Position numbers and translations under genes: made by a program. From NCBI GenBank assembly GCA_025558095.1, contig JAIVFI010000037.1, positions 1 through 64,000 on the forward strand: a stretch of 64,000 nt of DNA, given 5' to 3'. The notes under the pieces were generated by a model, which was not told the origin of the DNA, made no database searches, and was given only the letters and a program-made list of their open reading frames with translations. The stretch is from Hyaloraphidium curvatum SAG 235-1. Taxonomy: Eukaryota; Fungi; Monoblepharomycota. This document shows positions 1 through 10,196 of this stretch, piece by piece (position 1 is the first letter of the stretch; each line of letters opens with the position of its first letter).

Positions 1-2
1 CC

Positions 3-521
3 AACCCACCGCTCCGGATCACCGGCACACGCCTCCTCGCCTACCCCCCGCAGAATCCCGGCGCCGCGGACGATACCGCGGCCATCCTCCTCGAGTATCC
101 TGGCTCCACCGCCGTCGGCGAAGGCAGCTGGGTGCAGCTCACCCCTGCCATCGGCGCCAACCCCGCCGTGTACGGGAGCGAGGGCGGTGTGGCGATCGTC
201 GACGGCGAGGTGGTGCTTTGGGGACAGAGCGGGGTGTCGGAGACGGACAAGGCGAAATACGGGAGGGAGAAGGAGGTGCAGAGGAAGGTGGAGGTCCCGG
301 AGCTGCGAGCGCCGACGAGGAGCGCGCCGGAGCTCGCTGTCTGGGCGGCTGAGCAGGGCGTCGGCAGCGAGGAAGTAGGCAAGGTGGTGGCGGAGGAGCT
401 GGTCAACGTCGACGTGGCACTGAGGGCCCAGGCGGTGCTAGAAGCGGGCCTGCGGAGCGCGAAGGAGGGGAGGAAGGTGGCATGGGAGGAGATTTGGAAC
501 CAAGACGAGGCACGTCTTTAG
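3..521 (+). CDS. 3' part of a Gfo/Idh/MocA-family oxidoreductase (gene starts before the window)
   Basis: Open frame from base 3 reads ..AADDTAAILLEYPGSTAVGEGSW..AVYGSEG..AQAVLEAGLRSAKEGRKV, typical of the C-terminal domain of this family. Confidence 0.65.
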   Translation, partial: NPPLRITGTRLLAYPPQNPGAADDTAAILLEYPGSTAVGEGSWVQLTPAIGANPAVYGSEGGVAIVDGEVVLWGQSGVSETDKAKYGREKEVQRKVEVPELRAPTRSAPELAVWAAEQGVGSEEVGKVVAEELVNVDVALRAQAVLEAGLRSAKEGRKVAWEEIWNQDEARL

Positions 522-984
522 CAGCAGGAAGAAGAGCACGTGTGTAGCTTGTTTGCTTTGGCGTCTACCTCCCGAATAGTCCTCGTGATCTTCTAGATTC
601 GAGCGTTCACATCGCCGCATGCGCCGCCCGCCAGTCGGCCTTACGCGCAAATAGTCTTGGACCCCGCATTGAACTCTGGGCAATGGACGAGCCAACGACT
701 GTACTCCATTTGCCGCATCCTTCCGAGTGAATATGCGTTCGATTGCTTTGTCCCGGGAGGAACGCGTCCGCGATGGCGGGTACTCGACGCGGCCGTCCGC
801 TCGAGACGCGTCGAGCTTGGACGTTCCCGCTGAACTCGAAGCCCTTCTGAGTCGCGACCATCGGGATTCTTGAACCGGTCTTTGATCTGTCGGACGGCTG
901 GACAGGTGGATTCTCGAAACGTTCGCCATTGAAGGTTGTAGTACTGCCGATCATAGAGCTCCAAAGTCAGACCACTCCTGCTCG

Positions 985-2206
985 GCATGCAAGCGTTCTT
1001 GTGCCCCCCCACGCCGCCCGCTGGCGCTTGGCCCCGCAGTACCTCGCCACCCGCACCGCGCGCACCTCTTCAGCCTTCCCGGAGCCCCGCAGGGGTCGCA
1101 CGTATCGTCCGGCTGATCCAGCTCCGGGATCGCCCGGCTCCGCCCAGTGCGCGCCTCGCTTCCCCCGCCCCGTGGTCCGCCCGCAGCCGTTCCAGGAACG
1201 CGCTGCTGATGCCCCTGTGCGCCTCCGCGACGAGGAGCCGCATGATCAGATCCAGGAGGTAAAGCGGCGAATTTTGGACCACGGGGTCGTTTCCTTTGCC
1301 GGGATCGTGGAAAAACAGGGCGGATTCCCGGAAGAACCTGCCGGCGACGTCGAAGGGCGAGAGGCCGCGCCGCACGGCGGGCTTTTCCGAGCCGAAGAGG
1401 AGCGAGGCAAGCGGCCGGCCGTTCTCCTGGAGCGCATGGAGCAGCAGGTTTGCGCCGGCCCGGAAGGGCAGCTGCCGCGCGGTCTCGAACGCGTCCAGTT
1501 CCGCGCCGAGCGAGGAGACGGAGGCCATCATGGCGGCCACGAGGAGCTCCGGATCGTCGCCGAGGCGCGCGCGCACCACCCTCGAAGCCCGCGCGAGGCT
1601 TTCCAGGGTGAACATGGGGAGGAAGGCCGCCTCCCCGAACGCCTTGGCAAACGTCTCCCCGCTCCCCGGAACCGAACCCGACCAGGACGCGTCCCGATCC
1701 CAGTCAACGAACACGGCGATGGTCTTCCTTAGAGCGGGGTAGGCGATGCGGAACACCCCCAGGGCGAGGTCCGCCTGCGTGGCCGTGGGTGCCCCCAGCG
1801 TCGGGACCCTGCCGCGCGGGAAGAGGCGCGGCCGGAAGCGCTCCCCGAACCGGGCTCCGGCGAGCCCCTTGGGCTCGTCGTCGTTGCAGAACCCGTCCAC
1901 GAGCCACATCAGGTCCAGGACGCTCACGACGGCGTACGGCGGGGGTGCACTGAGGCCGGGCGTCGGCGAGGCGGTCGCGTCCAGGTAGCGGAAGTACGTC
2001 GTCGAAATGTCTCTTAAGAGCTCCGAGACGGCAAGCATGAGGCCATCGCGGTCCAGGTCCTTCCAGATGGCGACGTTCCGGGCTTCCTCAGCCGGCGCGA
2101 CCGCCACGTCGGCACCGCCCGGGGTCTGCGCGACGGCCTGGTCGGGGGATCCGGAGTCGCCCTCCACGGCAGAGGCAACTGGAGAAGTGGAAAGAAATGA
2201 TCCCAT
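985..2206 (-). pseudogene. MYND zinc-finger protein with frameshifted C-terminal finger (paralog of 4938-6160)
   Basis: ORF 1070-2287, likely start MGSFLST at 2206. Downstream the finger DTCDPCGAPGRLKRCARC / VARYCGAKRQRAAWG / HKNAC is split over several frames, with a C-to-R change at a Zn ligand. Confidence 0.7.
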
Positions 2207-2302
2207 CGCTCTTCCTTCCGCTTCCCCCGTTCGTGCAACGGAGTTCGGAGCGAGTCGGGTGGCAAGTGCACGTGGCGCGGGCGACACTCATTCGGAGCTC
2301 CG

Positions 2303-3861
2303 ATGTCCTCCAACGGCGGCGCGAAAAAGCCGGCGAAGCCGGCCGAGGGCGACGGCAAGAAGCCGGAAGACAAGAAGGACGCGCCCGATGGGGGGAGCGC
2401 GGGCGATGCCGCGGCGGACGCCAAGCCCGACGAGCCGGCGGCGCCCGAGGACGACCACGTCGAGCTGACCGACGACGGCGTGCTCGTCCACTCGCACGTG
2501 CACGGCGATGCCGCAAAGGAGGCGGAGGAAGCGGCCGCCGAGGCGGGCACGAAGGGGAACGGGGGGGGCGGGGCGCCCGCCGTCCCCGTGGTGGAGGAAC
2601 CGCCGGCCGGGGAGGACGCCTCGAAGGATCCCCCGGCGTCGGACGCCAAGAAGGACTCGCAAGCCACCAATGTCGACGCTCCCGCTGCCGACAACACCCT
2701 CCACCCGCCGCCCGACCCGCAACCCCCGCGCCCGCTCTCCCCCTCCTCGATCCCCGTCTCCTTCTCCCCCTCGGCGCTGCGCACCACGCAGCAGTCCAAG
2801 CGCCCGCCCGTGCACCACCAGGTCATCTTCGACCGGTGGTACGGGAGGCAGGGCGGGGAGACGAGGGGCATCCTGAGGCTGAGGGAGTTTGACGCCGGGG
2901 TGGAGGTCGAGGGCGCCGTGTGGTGGGTTGCCCCCGCCGGTCCTCGGATCTCCATCCCCTCATCCCCCCATCCGATGCAGCATGCAGGCGTTCCCCTCGC
3001 AGGGCTTCACCGGCCTCATCCTCGGCACCCACCTCATCGACTCGCTCTCCCTCCCCCTCCTCGGCGTCCTCACCTCCCCGCTCCTGCCGCCCAAGGCCAT
3101 GATCAGCAACTCGGCGCCGTCGCACCAGCTGCGGATCCACGGGGACCACAGGGTGGTGGTGTTTGCGGGGGAGGCAAAGGTGGAGAGGGAGGAGGTGGCC
3201 AACGCGGTGGTGGAGTGCATCGTGGACTTCTGCAAGCGGTAACATGCTGCGTGCGGCCTGCCGTGCGTGCCCTCGCTGATGCTCGCGGGGCAGGCACCGC
3301 ATTCGCCTCCTCCTCACCGTCGAAGGCCTCCCCACGACCCCCAACGCGCAGCCGGGCGTGCTCCGGCTCAAGGAGTCCGCCTCCGAGGAAGAAGACGGCG
3401 CGAAGCTCGTCGCGGATCTCGATCTGGACGCGCGCAGCAAGGAAAAGGCCAAGTACCTCGGCACCGACCCCGATTTCTGCGCCAGGATGGCCGAGGAAGG
3501 CCTGGAGCAGATCGACGAGGGCGTCGTGGCCGGGCTCACGGGGGGCCTGTTGGCCGAGGCGCTGCTGGAGCCCATCTACCTGGCGTGCTTGCTGGTGCCG
3601 GCGACGTCGCTGTTTCCGGACACGGGGTCGGCGGTGCGGGCCCTTCAGGTGGGCGGCTCGACCCGGGGTCGCATGCCTCGATGATGACACCGTCCCCTAC
3701 GGCAGATCATCAAGAAGTTCGTCCCCGCGCTTGCGGACCTCGACACGGCGCCGCTCGAGGCCAAGGCCAAGGAGACCGAGGAGGCGGTGGTGGGGCTGGT
3801 GAGGGCGCTGCAGGGCGGGCTGAAGAAGGAGATGGAGGCACCCAGGGGGCTCTATGGGTGA
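2303..3861 (+). CDS. PAC2-family proteasome assembly chaperone with low-complexity N-terminal extension and C-terminal HbYX motif (LYG)
   Basis: Introns at about 2923-2980, 3239-3293 and 3649-3705 give EGAVCMQAFPSQGFTGLILGTHLIDSL..LGVLTSPLLPP..LRIHG..LLLTVEGLP..GVVAGLTGGLLAEA..LLVPATSLFPDTGSAV..LDTAPLEAKAKETEE..RGLYG*. Confidence 0.75.
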
Positions 3862-3950
3862 CGACGGCGGGGGTGGTTGTGTTCGATGTTCGCCGCGCTG
3901 CATTACAGTTCTGTGTCGCCGGCGCGCCCCCTGGGCGTCCCTCCGCCCCT

Positions 3951-4796
3951 TCACGCCACGGCGTCCGCGGCCGCCCCCGCCGCCTTGGCATCCTCCGCGA
4001 CGCCCTGCTTCAGGTCCCCGCCGATGATCGTCCCGTCCTCGAAGAACGCGCCCGTCTTCTTCATTCCCCCGCAGCTCTGCCTGATGGTCACGTAGATCCG
4101 CACGGCGACAAACAGCCCGGCCATGGCGACCCACGAGACGACCGCCGCCCTTCCCGAGACGAAAATTGCGATCGGTATGGAGATGGCAAACACCACGGGC
4201 GGGATGGCCAGCCGCACCGCGGTGATCCACACGATCCGCGCCGTGATGCCCGGGTGTGTCAGCGGCTTCTCCTTGAAAATCAACGGGCCGAAGCGCGCAT
4301 AGGTCCACATGACGAGCGCGGCGAGGCCGACGAGCCCGACGACGACGGAGTAGTACACGGTGGCGGAGGGGTCCGCGAACGCCGACTCGCCTAGCACGGC
4401 GGTGGCCGAGGGCACCAGGCACACGAAGAGGAGGAACAGCAGCTCCAGCAGGACGAGGGCGTGGTCGGTCGAGGTGATCCACGAGTAGCACGCGCGGTGC
4501 ACGATCCAGTAGCGGCCCACGACCGCGAAAGAGATCAAATAAGAGACGATGCGCGGCCACATGGCGTACAGCCGCTCGCTCATCGGGGGCTCCTCGCCCG
4601 CGGCGTCGGGCGGCAGGTCGGGCAGCTTGATTTCCAGCGCCAGCAAGGTCATGGCGATGGCGACGACGGCGTCCGAAAAGACGAGGAGCTGCTCGACGGC
4701 AAAGAGGTCGTTGGGGGCGCGGCGGGCGTGCAGCGCGAGGGGCGGCACGGTCGGGTCGATGTCGCGCGAGGCGACGGACTCTGCCGAGGAGGACAT
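3951..4796 (-). CDS. TMEM175/DUF1211-family K+ channel, single-repeat (prokaryote-like) form
   Basis: Intronless 281 aa ORF with the FSDAVVAIAMTLLAL signature, YLISFAVVGRYWIVH and about 6 TM helices. Confidence 0.85.
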   Translation of the reverse strand: MSSSAESVASRDIDPTVPPLALHARRAPNDLFAVEQLLVFSDAVVAIAMTLLALEIKLPDLPPDAAGEEPPMSERLYAMWPRIVSYLISFAVVGRYWIVHRACYSWITSTDHALVLLELLFLLFVCLVPSATAVLGESAFADPSATVYYSVVVGLVGLAALVMWTYARFGPLIFKEKPLTHPGITARIVWITAVRLAIPPVVFAISIPIAIFVSGRAAVVSWVAMAGLFVAVRIYVTIRQSCGGMKKTGAFFEDGTIIGGDLKQGVAEDAKAAGAAADAVA

Positions 4797-4937
4797 GTTG
4801 TCCTGCAGTTAGGGATAGGGCGTCCCTCGTCCAGATGGAGCGGCGTCCCTCGCAAGGGATTTGGCCGCGAAGGCGTCGGAGTAGTCGGCCGCTCCCAGCG
4901 TTCCCGGGCGTAAAGGAGCTCGGAGTGTTGGAAATCG

Positions 4938-6160
4938 ATGGCCCCGTCTTGTTCCGATACCGCTGCCGTGCAGAGCGTGGCCTGTTCCCTGCAGCAGGCC
5001 GCTCCGCAGACCCCGGCCGCCGCAGACGTGGCGGTCACACCGGCCGAGCAACCCCGGAACGTCACGCTCTGGAGCGAGCTTGAACGGGACGCCCTCTTCG
5101 GCGCCGTATCGGAGCTTGTGGAGGACTTTTCGATGCCTTACTTGCGGTACCTGGACGCGACGACGTCGCCGAAGACTCGCCTCATGGAACCTCCGGAACA
5201 CGTACTCGAATGCCTCCATGACCTCATGTGGCTCACAGGCGGCCTCCTCGAAGACGGCGAGCCCAAAATGCCGGCGACCCTCGCTTCGGGCGGCGGTTCC
5301 GTGCCCGCCTGTTTCCCCGCGGACGGATCCCCACTGAGGATGCGCCCGCGGCCGTGCAGGCGGACCTGGCCCTCCGTGCGTTCCGCATCGTTTATCCGGC
5401 GTTGCGGAGATCGATCTCCGTGTTCTGCGACTGGGAACGGGTCCTGGCCTGGGCCGACACGCTCCGGGGCGGCCGGCCGTCGTACACCAAGGCCTTTGGC
5501 GAGGCCGCCTTCCTCTCCGTGATGATCCTCGCGGGCCTGGCACAGGCTTCCAAACCCGTCGGAAATCGCATGGGGGACGATCCGGAGGTGCTGATCTGCG
5601 TGATGATGGCGGCCGTCGCCTCGCTCAGCGGGATTGTCGAGGTCTTTGAGAGCAGGACGAAGTAACCAGGTGCCTTTCGCGATCGCGACGAACCTGCTGA
5701 TTCACACCGTCCAAGAAAACGGCAAGCCGCTTTCGGCGCTCGTTTTCGGAACTGAACATCAGTCAGTTCCGCGTGGCCTCTTGCCCTTCAACGTCTCGAG
5801 CAAGTTCTTCCGCGATTCCGCCCAGGTCTTGTACGATGCCAAGGACGATCGGCGGGTCGGACCCGCGGCGGTTTTGGCCCTGGAGAACCTGGACGTGTTC
5901 ATGAAGCTCCTCGTGGCATCGGCGCCGACCGGGATGAGCACCGACTTCCTCGACCGGCTGCGCAAGACCACAAGGCGAAGGACGTGAGGCGCATCTCGAA
6001 GCGGCACCGCGCGAAAGGCACGCTCGGCTAAGCTGAGGACGCATGCGACCGCTGTGGGGCTTCGAGTAGGCTGCAGAGGCGCTCGCGGTGCGGCGTGGCG
6101 ACGTACTGGGGGCCGAGTGCCAGCGGGCGGCGCGGGGGAAGCACACGAAGGCCTGTGTGG
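4938..6160 (+). pseudogene. Decayed MYND zinc-finger gene, inverted paralog of 985-2206
   Basis: ORFs 4938-5522, 5228-5665 and 5634-5987 align in sequence with the 1070-2287 protein (RNVTLWSELERD, RLFPRGRIPT, KAFGEAAFL, QENGKPL). The finger remnant ACDRCGASSRLQRRSRC..TYW / AECQRAARGKHTKAC has lost Cys ligands. Confidence 0.8.
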
Positions 6161-6300
6161 CGAGCAGGTCGGTTGGATGGTTTGGAAGGGATGGGGGGAA
6201 GTTTGGCGGCAAGTCACGGCGCCCCAACTGCTCGGGACTGCAGCAGGTTCTCTCGTGCCACTTAGCAGAGACAAAGCTTCTGTTCCGGCAAAGGGAAACA

Positions 6301-7416
6301 ATGAGCTTTCTTTGGTCATTCGTCTTACTTCTCCCCTTTTCCCTCTCGCTCGTGCCGTCGCCATGCGGGATTGCAGATGGCGAAATACGGGTGTGGCGCT
6401 CTCCGCCGTCAACCGCTGACGTGTCGCCGCAGCACACATTGTCACGGCCGCGGGCAGATTGGAGGAGGAGCCGCCCCCTGCGGCAGCCACTGTCATTGGC
6501 CGCTGTATTCCGTGCCTCTCTCTCGCCCGTCTGCCAGCTCGCCCCTGATGGCTCCGACCGGGTGTCGGACGACGTGCGGCGGTTGCTGAACCTCGTTGAC
6601 GCGAAGCCCGGCTTCCTCGCGGCGGTGAGAAAGTACGAGGCAGAGCTCGACTGGGCAGACGCCAACTCGGCCGACGTGTGCCGTGCCGTGCTGGGAATGT
6701 GCTTCGCCGCGGGGCTTCTCGCCGAGTGCCGCATCGAGGCGGTGCCGGCCTCTTGCGCGGTCTTCTTCCGCACCGACGATGCGCAAGAGTGCGGCGAGAT
6801 TGCGCAGGGCGTGCCTGGGATGCCGGACCTGTGCTTTGCCTGGGGACGCGAGTGCGCGAAGATCGCGTACCCTGTGCTCTCGGAACGCGCTCGCCGATCG
6901 CACCCGCCCTTCCTCCCAGCGGCCGACGAGGACGTGACCGAGGCCGCCGCCCAGATCGCCACCTTTGCCCTGGAGACCGCGATCGCCAGGCCCCTCCTGG
7001 CACGCCTCGTGGTCCCCGAGGACACCCCGCCGGCCGGCGTCACGTTCCGCAGCCCATGCATCTCCTGCGGTGCGCGCAAGGTGGAGCTGCGGAGCCTCAT
7101 CCTCTGGACCGCGGGCGGCAAAGGGAGGCTCGTCACTTCCATCTGCGCAACGAGCGCGCCGCTGTGCCACGCAAGGCGGTGCGCCGTCCGAGGCCCGCGA
7201 ACCCTGCAAGCTGCCCGGGACGCCCTGTTCGGTCCCGGATCCGAAGCCGTTCTGCGCTGCGGGAGCTGCAAAGTGGCCAAGCTTCCTTCAGAGCTGAAAA
7301 GGTGCGCGAGGTGCAAAGGGGCGTGGTACTGCTCGGCCGAGTGCCAGCGTTCGGACTGGCCGAGCCACAAGCTGCGTTGTGCCCAGGCGACTGTTGGCGG
7401 ATCGGGATGGGCGTGA
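6301..7416 (+). CDS. MYND zinc-finger protein with an upstream CxxC..PxCxxxxC module (start uncertain)
   Basis: CGSCKVAKLPSELKRCARCKGAWYCSAECQRSDWPSHKLRC at the C-terminus. Confidence 0.75.
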   Translation: MSFLWSFVLLLPFSLSLVPSPCGIADGEIRVWRSPPSTADVSPQHTLSRPRADWRRSRPLRQPLSLAAVFRASLSPVCQLAPDGSDRVSDDVRRLLNLVDAKPGFLAAVRKYEAELDWADANSADVCRAVLGMCFAAGLLAECRIEAVPASCAVFFRTDDAQECGEIAQGVPGMPDLCFAWGRECAKIAYPVLSERARRSHPPFLPAADEDVTEAAAQIATFALETAIARPLLARLVVPEDTPPAGVTFRSPCISCGARKVELRSLILWTAGGKGRLVTSICATSAPLCHARRCAVRGPRTLQAARDALFGPGSEAVLRCGSCKVAKLPSELKRCARCKGAWYCSAECQRSDWPSHKLRCAQATVGGSGWA

Positions 7417-8227
7417 TTCTGGGCAGGCGAGGCCCGAAGCTTCGGACTTGGTCGGAGGTCTCGCTTCGGGGTATCTTTTTCAATGCTTGGTTCATTCGTT
7501 TTGAGTCGCCAGTAGAAGAAAAGCAGAGCTCGTAGGCTAGTGAGTCGCTGCCGCAGATGACCAGGCTGTCCCGGTCCGCCGCCTGACCACTTAATCGCCG
7601 GAAACAATGGCCGAAGACCCTTGAACCCACCAGAGCCGCGGGCGTACCGAGGCGAGCTAGGTGGAAGAGGATGCGTATGGGCTCGGCGGCGCCCCGCGCG
7701 TCGAAATCTGGGTTGAAGGTTCAAGAACCCCCGGGAAGCGTCGGCCGGCCACGCGCAGTAGAGCTCGTATTCGTCGGCGGGCGCGTCATCGGCCTCGCAG
7801 AAGGGGGGGGGGGGGACGCTGCTCGTCCTGGGCCCCGGCGTTGCAGCCGCACGCGGCCAAGGTGGATGGCGCGAGAGCGAGGGACGAAACGACGCGTGAC
7901 CAGCGGAGGACCAAATCCCGTCCCGTGAAGGAGCGCGTCCGAGCTCCGAATCGCCCACCGGCAATGAAAGATCGCATTCGACCATGAGGTATTGACTGTA
8001 GACTCATTGCTTCGGCCGAGGTGGCATCGATATTCTTCGAGTATTGGCCTCATTTATGCTTTGGTGCGGTGCGAAGGAGGGTCCCGTCGCCGCGATCGGA
8101 CGCCGGAGCTAGACGTTTGGCTCGTTCCGGAATCCCAAGCGGCTGTTTGATCAGCGTGATTACGTCGTGAGGCTTCGGGAGACACTGGGTGGATTTCGAA
8201 TAGGCCTCATTACACACGTCCTTTCTC

Positions 8228-8244
8228 AAAAAAAAAAAAAAAAA
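8228..8244 (+). repeat. Poly(A) tract of about 17 nt in GC-rich context
   Basis: Read directly; lies about 50 nt upstream of the ATG at 8294. Confidence 0.9.
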
Positions 8245-8293
8245 GGTCGCGGTCGGCCTGGTCAGTGCATCGCAACACACACGGGGTTCGCCT

Positions 8294-9020
8294 ATGTCGG
8301 ACTGGCCGGCGGACCAATTGGAGGACGGGAATGCCCCGAGGAAGCCCGCCGGATTGACGGCGGCCGAGCGCCGGGCGGTTCTGCCCGACGACGGCGCCTA
8401 CGCGGGCGGCCCTGCCCTGGACGTTCCGGCGCTGCTCGCGGGGCTGGACGGCCTCCCCGTACCGCTGGCGACCACGCGCCTGCAGCTTTCGGCGGTGTTC
8501 GGCTTCCTGGCGCGCACGGCGGGCGAGCGGCTCATGCTGAGCTCCGTCTGCTGGGTTCTGCTGCTTGTACCGCTCCTGGTGTTCAACGCGAGGCTTGGCG
8601 CGTTCGGCGCGAAGCAGGCGGCAATCGGCGCCACGGCCATTGCCGCCCACAACGTGGCCTGCATCGTACTCGGCGCCCTGTCCATCTGGACCGCCGTCAA
8701 CTATGCCCGGACGGTGCCGTCGCTGGACACCAACCCGTTCGCGACCTTGGTCCGCTGGCGACGCCTGCTCGCTCCGGACCGGGACAAAGTGCCAAGCGAG
8801 GTTGCGGACGGGGAACCGACTAAGGAGCGGGAGATCTCGCCGCTGGTCCGCCACGATCCCGAGGATCGGCTATGCCCGTGTCCCTTTCCGGGCTGCGCCG
8901 GCTCGGTGCTGACCTCGACGTGGATCTTGTATCTCCTGGATCCCGCCGTTCAGAGTATCATCATGTTGTCGGCCTTTGCCCTTTCCATGTGGACCCTGCT
9001 CGCAACGTTTGCACCTGTGA
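8294..9020 (+). pseudogene. 5' half (TM1-TM3) of the 7-TM family gene, truncated by a rearrangement
   Basis: Closely similar to the 10197-11668 protein up to LLATFAP, then joined to an oppositely oriented duplicated block. Confidence 0.8.
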
Positions 9021-9023
9021 CGT

Positions 9024-9581
9024 GCCGCCCGCGTAGGTGCCGTCGTCGGGAAGCACCGCCCGCCGCTCGGCCGACGTCAGCTCGAGAGGCTTTCTCGAAG
9101 TACTTTCGCCATCCATGTTGTCCGCCGCCGACATGTCCTGTTGTGGTGCTCGTGGGCGCTGTTGTGGTGCTCGTGGGCCCTCGTCCTCGCGCGCGGAGCC
9201 CCGGATGCGATCGATCGCGCGCGGAACATTCCTCGATCCCACGTCTCCCACGCGATAGAACCATGGCCCCGCCTCTGGTCTAATGCCTACATCGTCCCAT
9301 TTTGCGTGTCTGTCTAGGTCTCTAACAGGCGCCTCCCGCGGCCGCCCTCGCCGCCGTGCTGGGCACATACCTCGCCGACCAGCGGTTGAACGTATCGGGC
9401 GACGTGACGCGCATATAGTGGGTCCGCGACGTGTTGCGCACCTCCAACGTGCTCATCGCGTACCTCATTGACGTCCATGGGACAGCCGGCTGCTCTCGAT
9501 GGTCTCCTTCGCGACGAAGCGCGCCGCCGCCGGCCGCGCAAACGCCGCCTTCCTCCTCTTCGAAAACGCCGACGCCCACCC
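9024..9581. repeat. Direct duplicate of 11553-12087: 5' end of the 7-TM gene (-), divergent promoter and first ~26 codons of the FATP gene (+)
   Basis: Shared sequence such as gggcacatacctcgccgaccagcggttgaacgtatcgggcgacg...atggtctccttcgcgacgaagcgc in both copies. MSAADNMDGESTSRKPLELTSAERRAV reads from 9134 (-). Confidence 0.9.
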
Positions 9582-9985
9582 GCGTCCGCTACACCAACCA
9601 CCGCCTTCCCATGCGCGCCTACGGCGACTGCATATGCAGTGCCCCCCCCCTACTCGGCCCTGGGTCTGCAGCAGTGCGACAGCTCGCAGAACTGGCTGGC
9701 CTGCAACTCCGCCAACGGCGCCTCCATCTCCGGCGAGACCTCCTCGAACGGCCTGTGCTTCCCCGACGCCCCTTCCGGTTACTGCTGCGCCAGCATGCAG
9801 GGCCTGTACCACATGGGCTACTGCGCCGGCAAGAAGATCTGCACCCGCTCCGGGGTCATGGGATTCCACGACGATGACCCCAAGAACACGTACTGCGACC
9901 CCGCCACGGGGGAGGTCACCGGGACCAGCAACGCCGGCCAAACTGGGCTGTGCGACAGCACAGCGGGGGCTTACTATTGGCTCGG
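9582..9985 (+). pseudogene. Fragment of a Cys-rich, probably secreted protein lacking its 5' end
   Basis: QCDSSQNWLACNSANG..GLCFPDAPSGYCCASMQG..GYCAGKKICTRSG..TYCDPATG..GLCDS in ORF 9468-10436; begins exactly at the duplication breakpoint. Confidence 0.45.
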
Positions 9986-10196
9986 GTTGGTTGAAGTGCA
10001 GCCGCCGGGCAAGGAATGTCCCAAGGAATGCGGGCTGACTCTGATCCTTCCGACAGCTGTTGCGGCGCTTACAGTCCTTGATGATATAGCCCTCCACCGC
10101 GACCAAGCTCGGGCCGAAAGGATGTACAAAGACAGTAAACGGGAAATACAAACTCCCGCACGTGCTTTTCCTGGGCGGCAGGCCGGCGGCGCCCTC

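Noticed and set aside
540-980. Possible degraded gene (LYDRQYYNLQW.., EDHEDYSGG, faintly 2OG-Fe(II)-oxygenase-like)
   Set aside because: Motifs too short and spread over frames to support a call.
7803-7815. G13 homopolymer
   Set aside because: Isolated run with no supporting structure.
5759-7985. Long minus-strand ORFs (740 and 414 aa) and many other overlapping ORFs
   Set aside because: Shadow ORFs of high-GC DNA; low-information Arg/Pro/Ala sequence opposite recognisable genes.
7990-8244. Lower-GC segment ending in A17 with repeated ggcctcatt: SINE or snRNA?
   Set aside because: No A/B boxes, snRNA signature or convincing target-site duplication found by eye.
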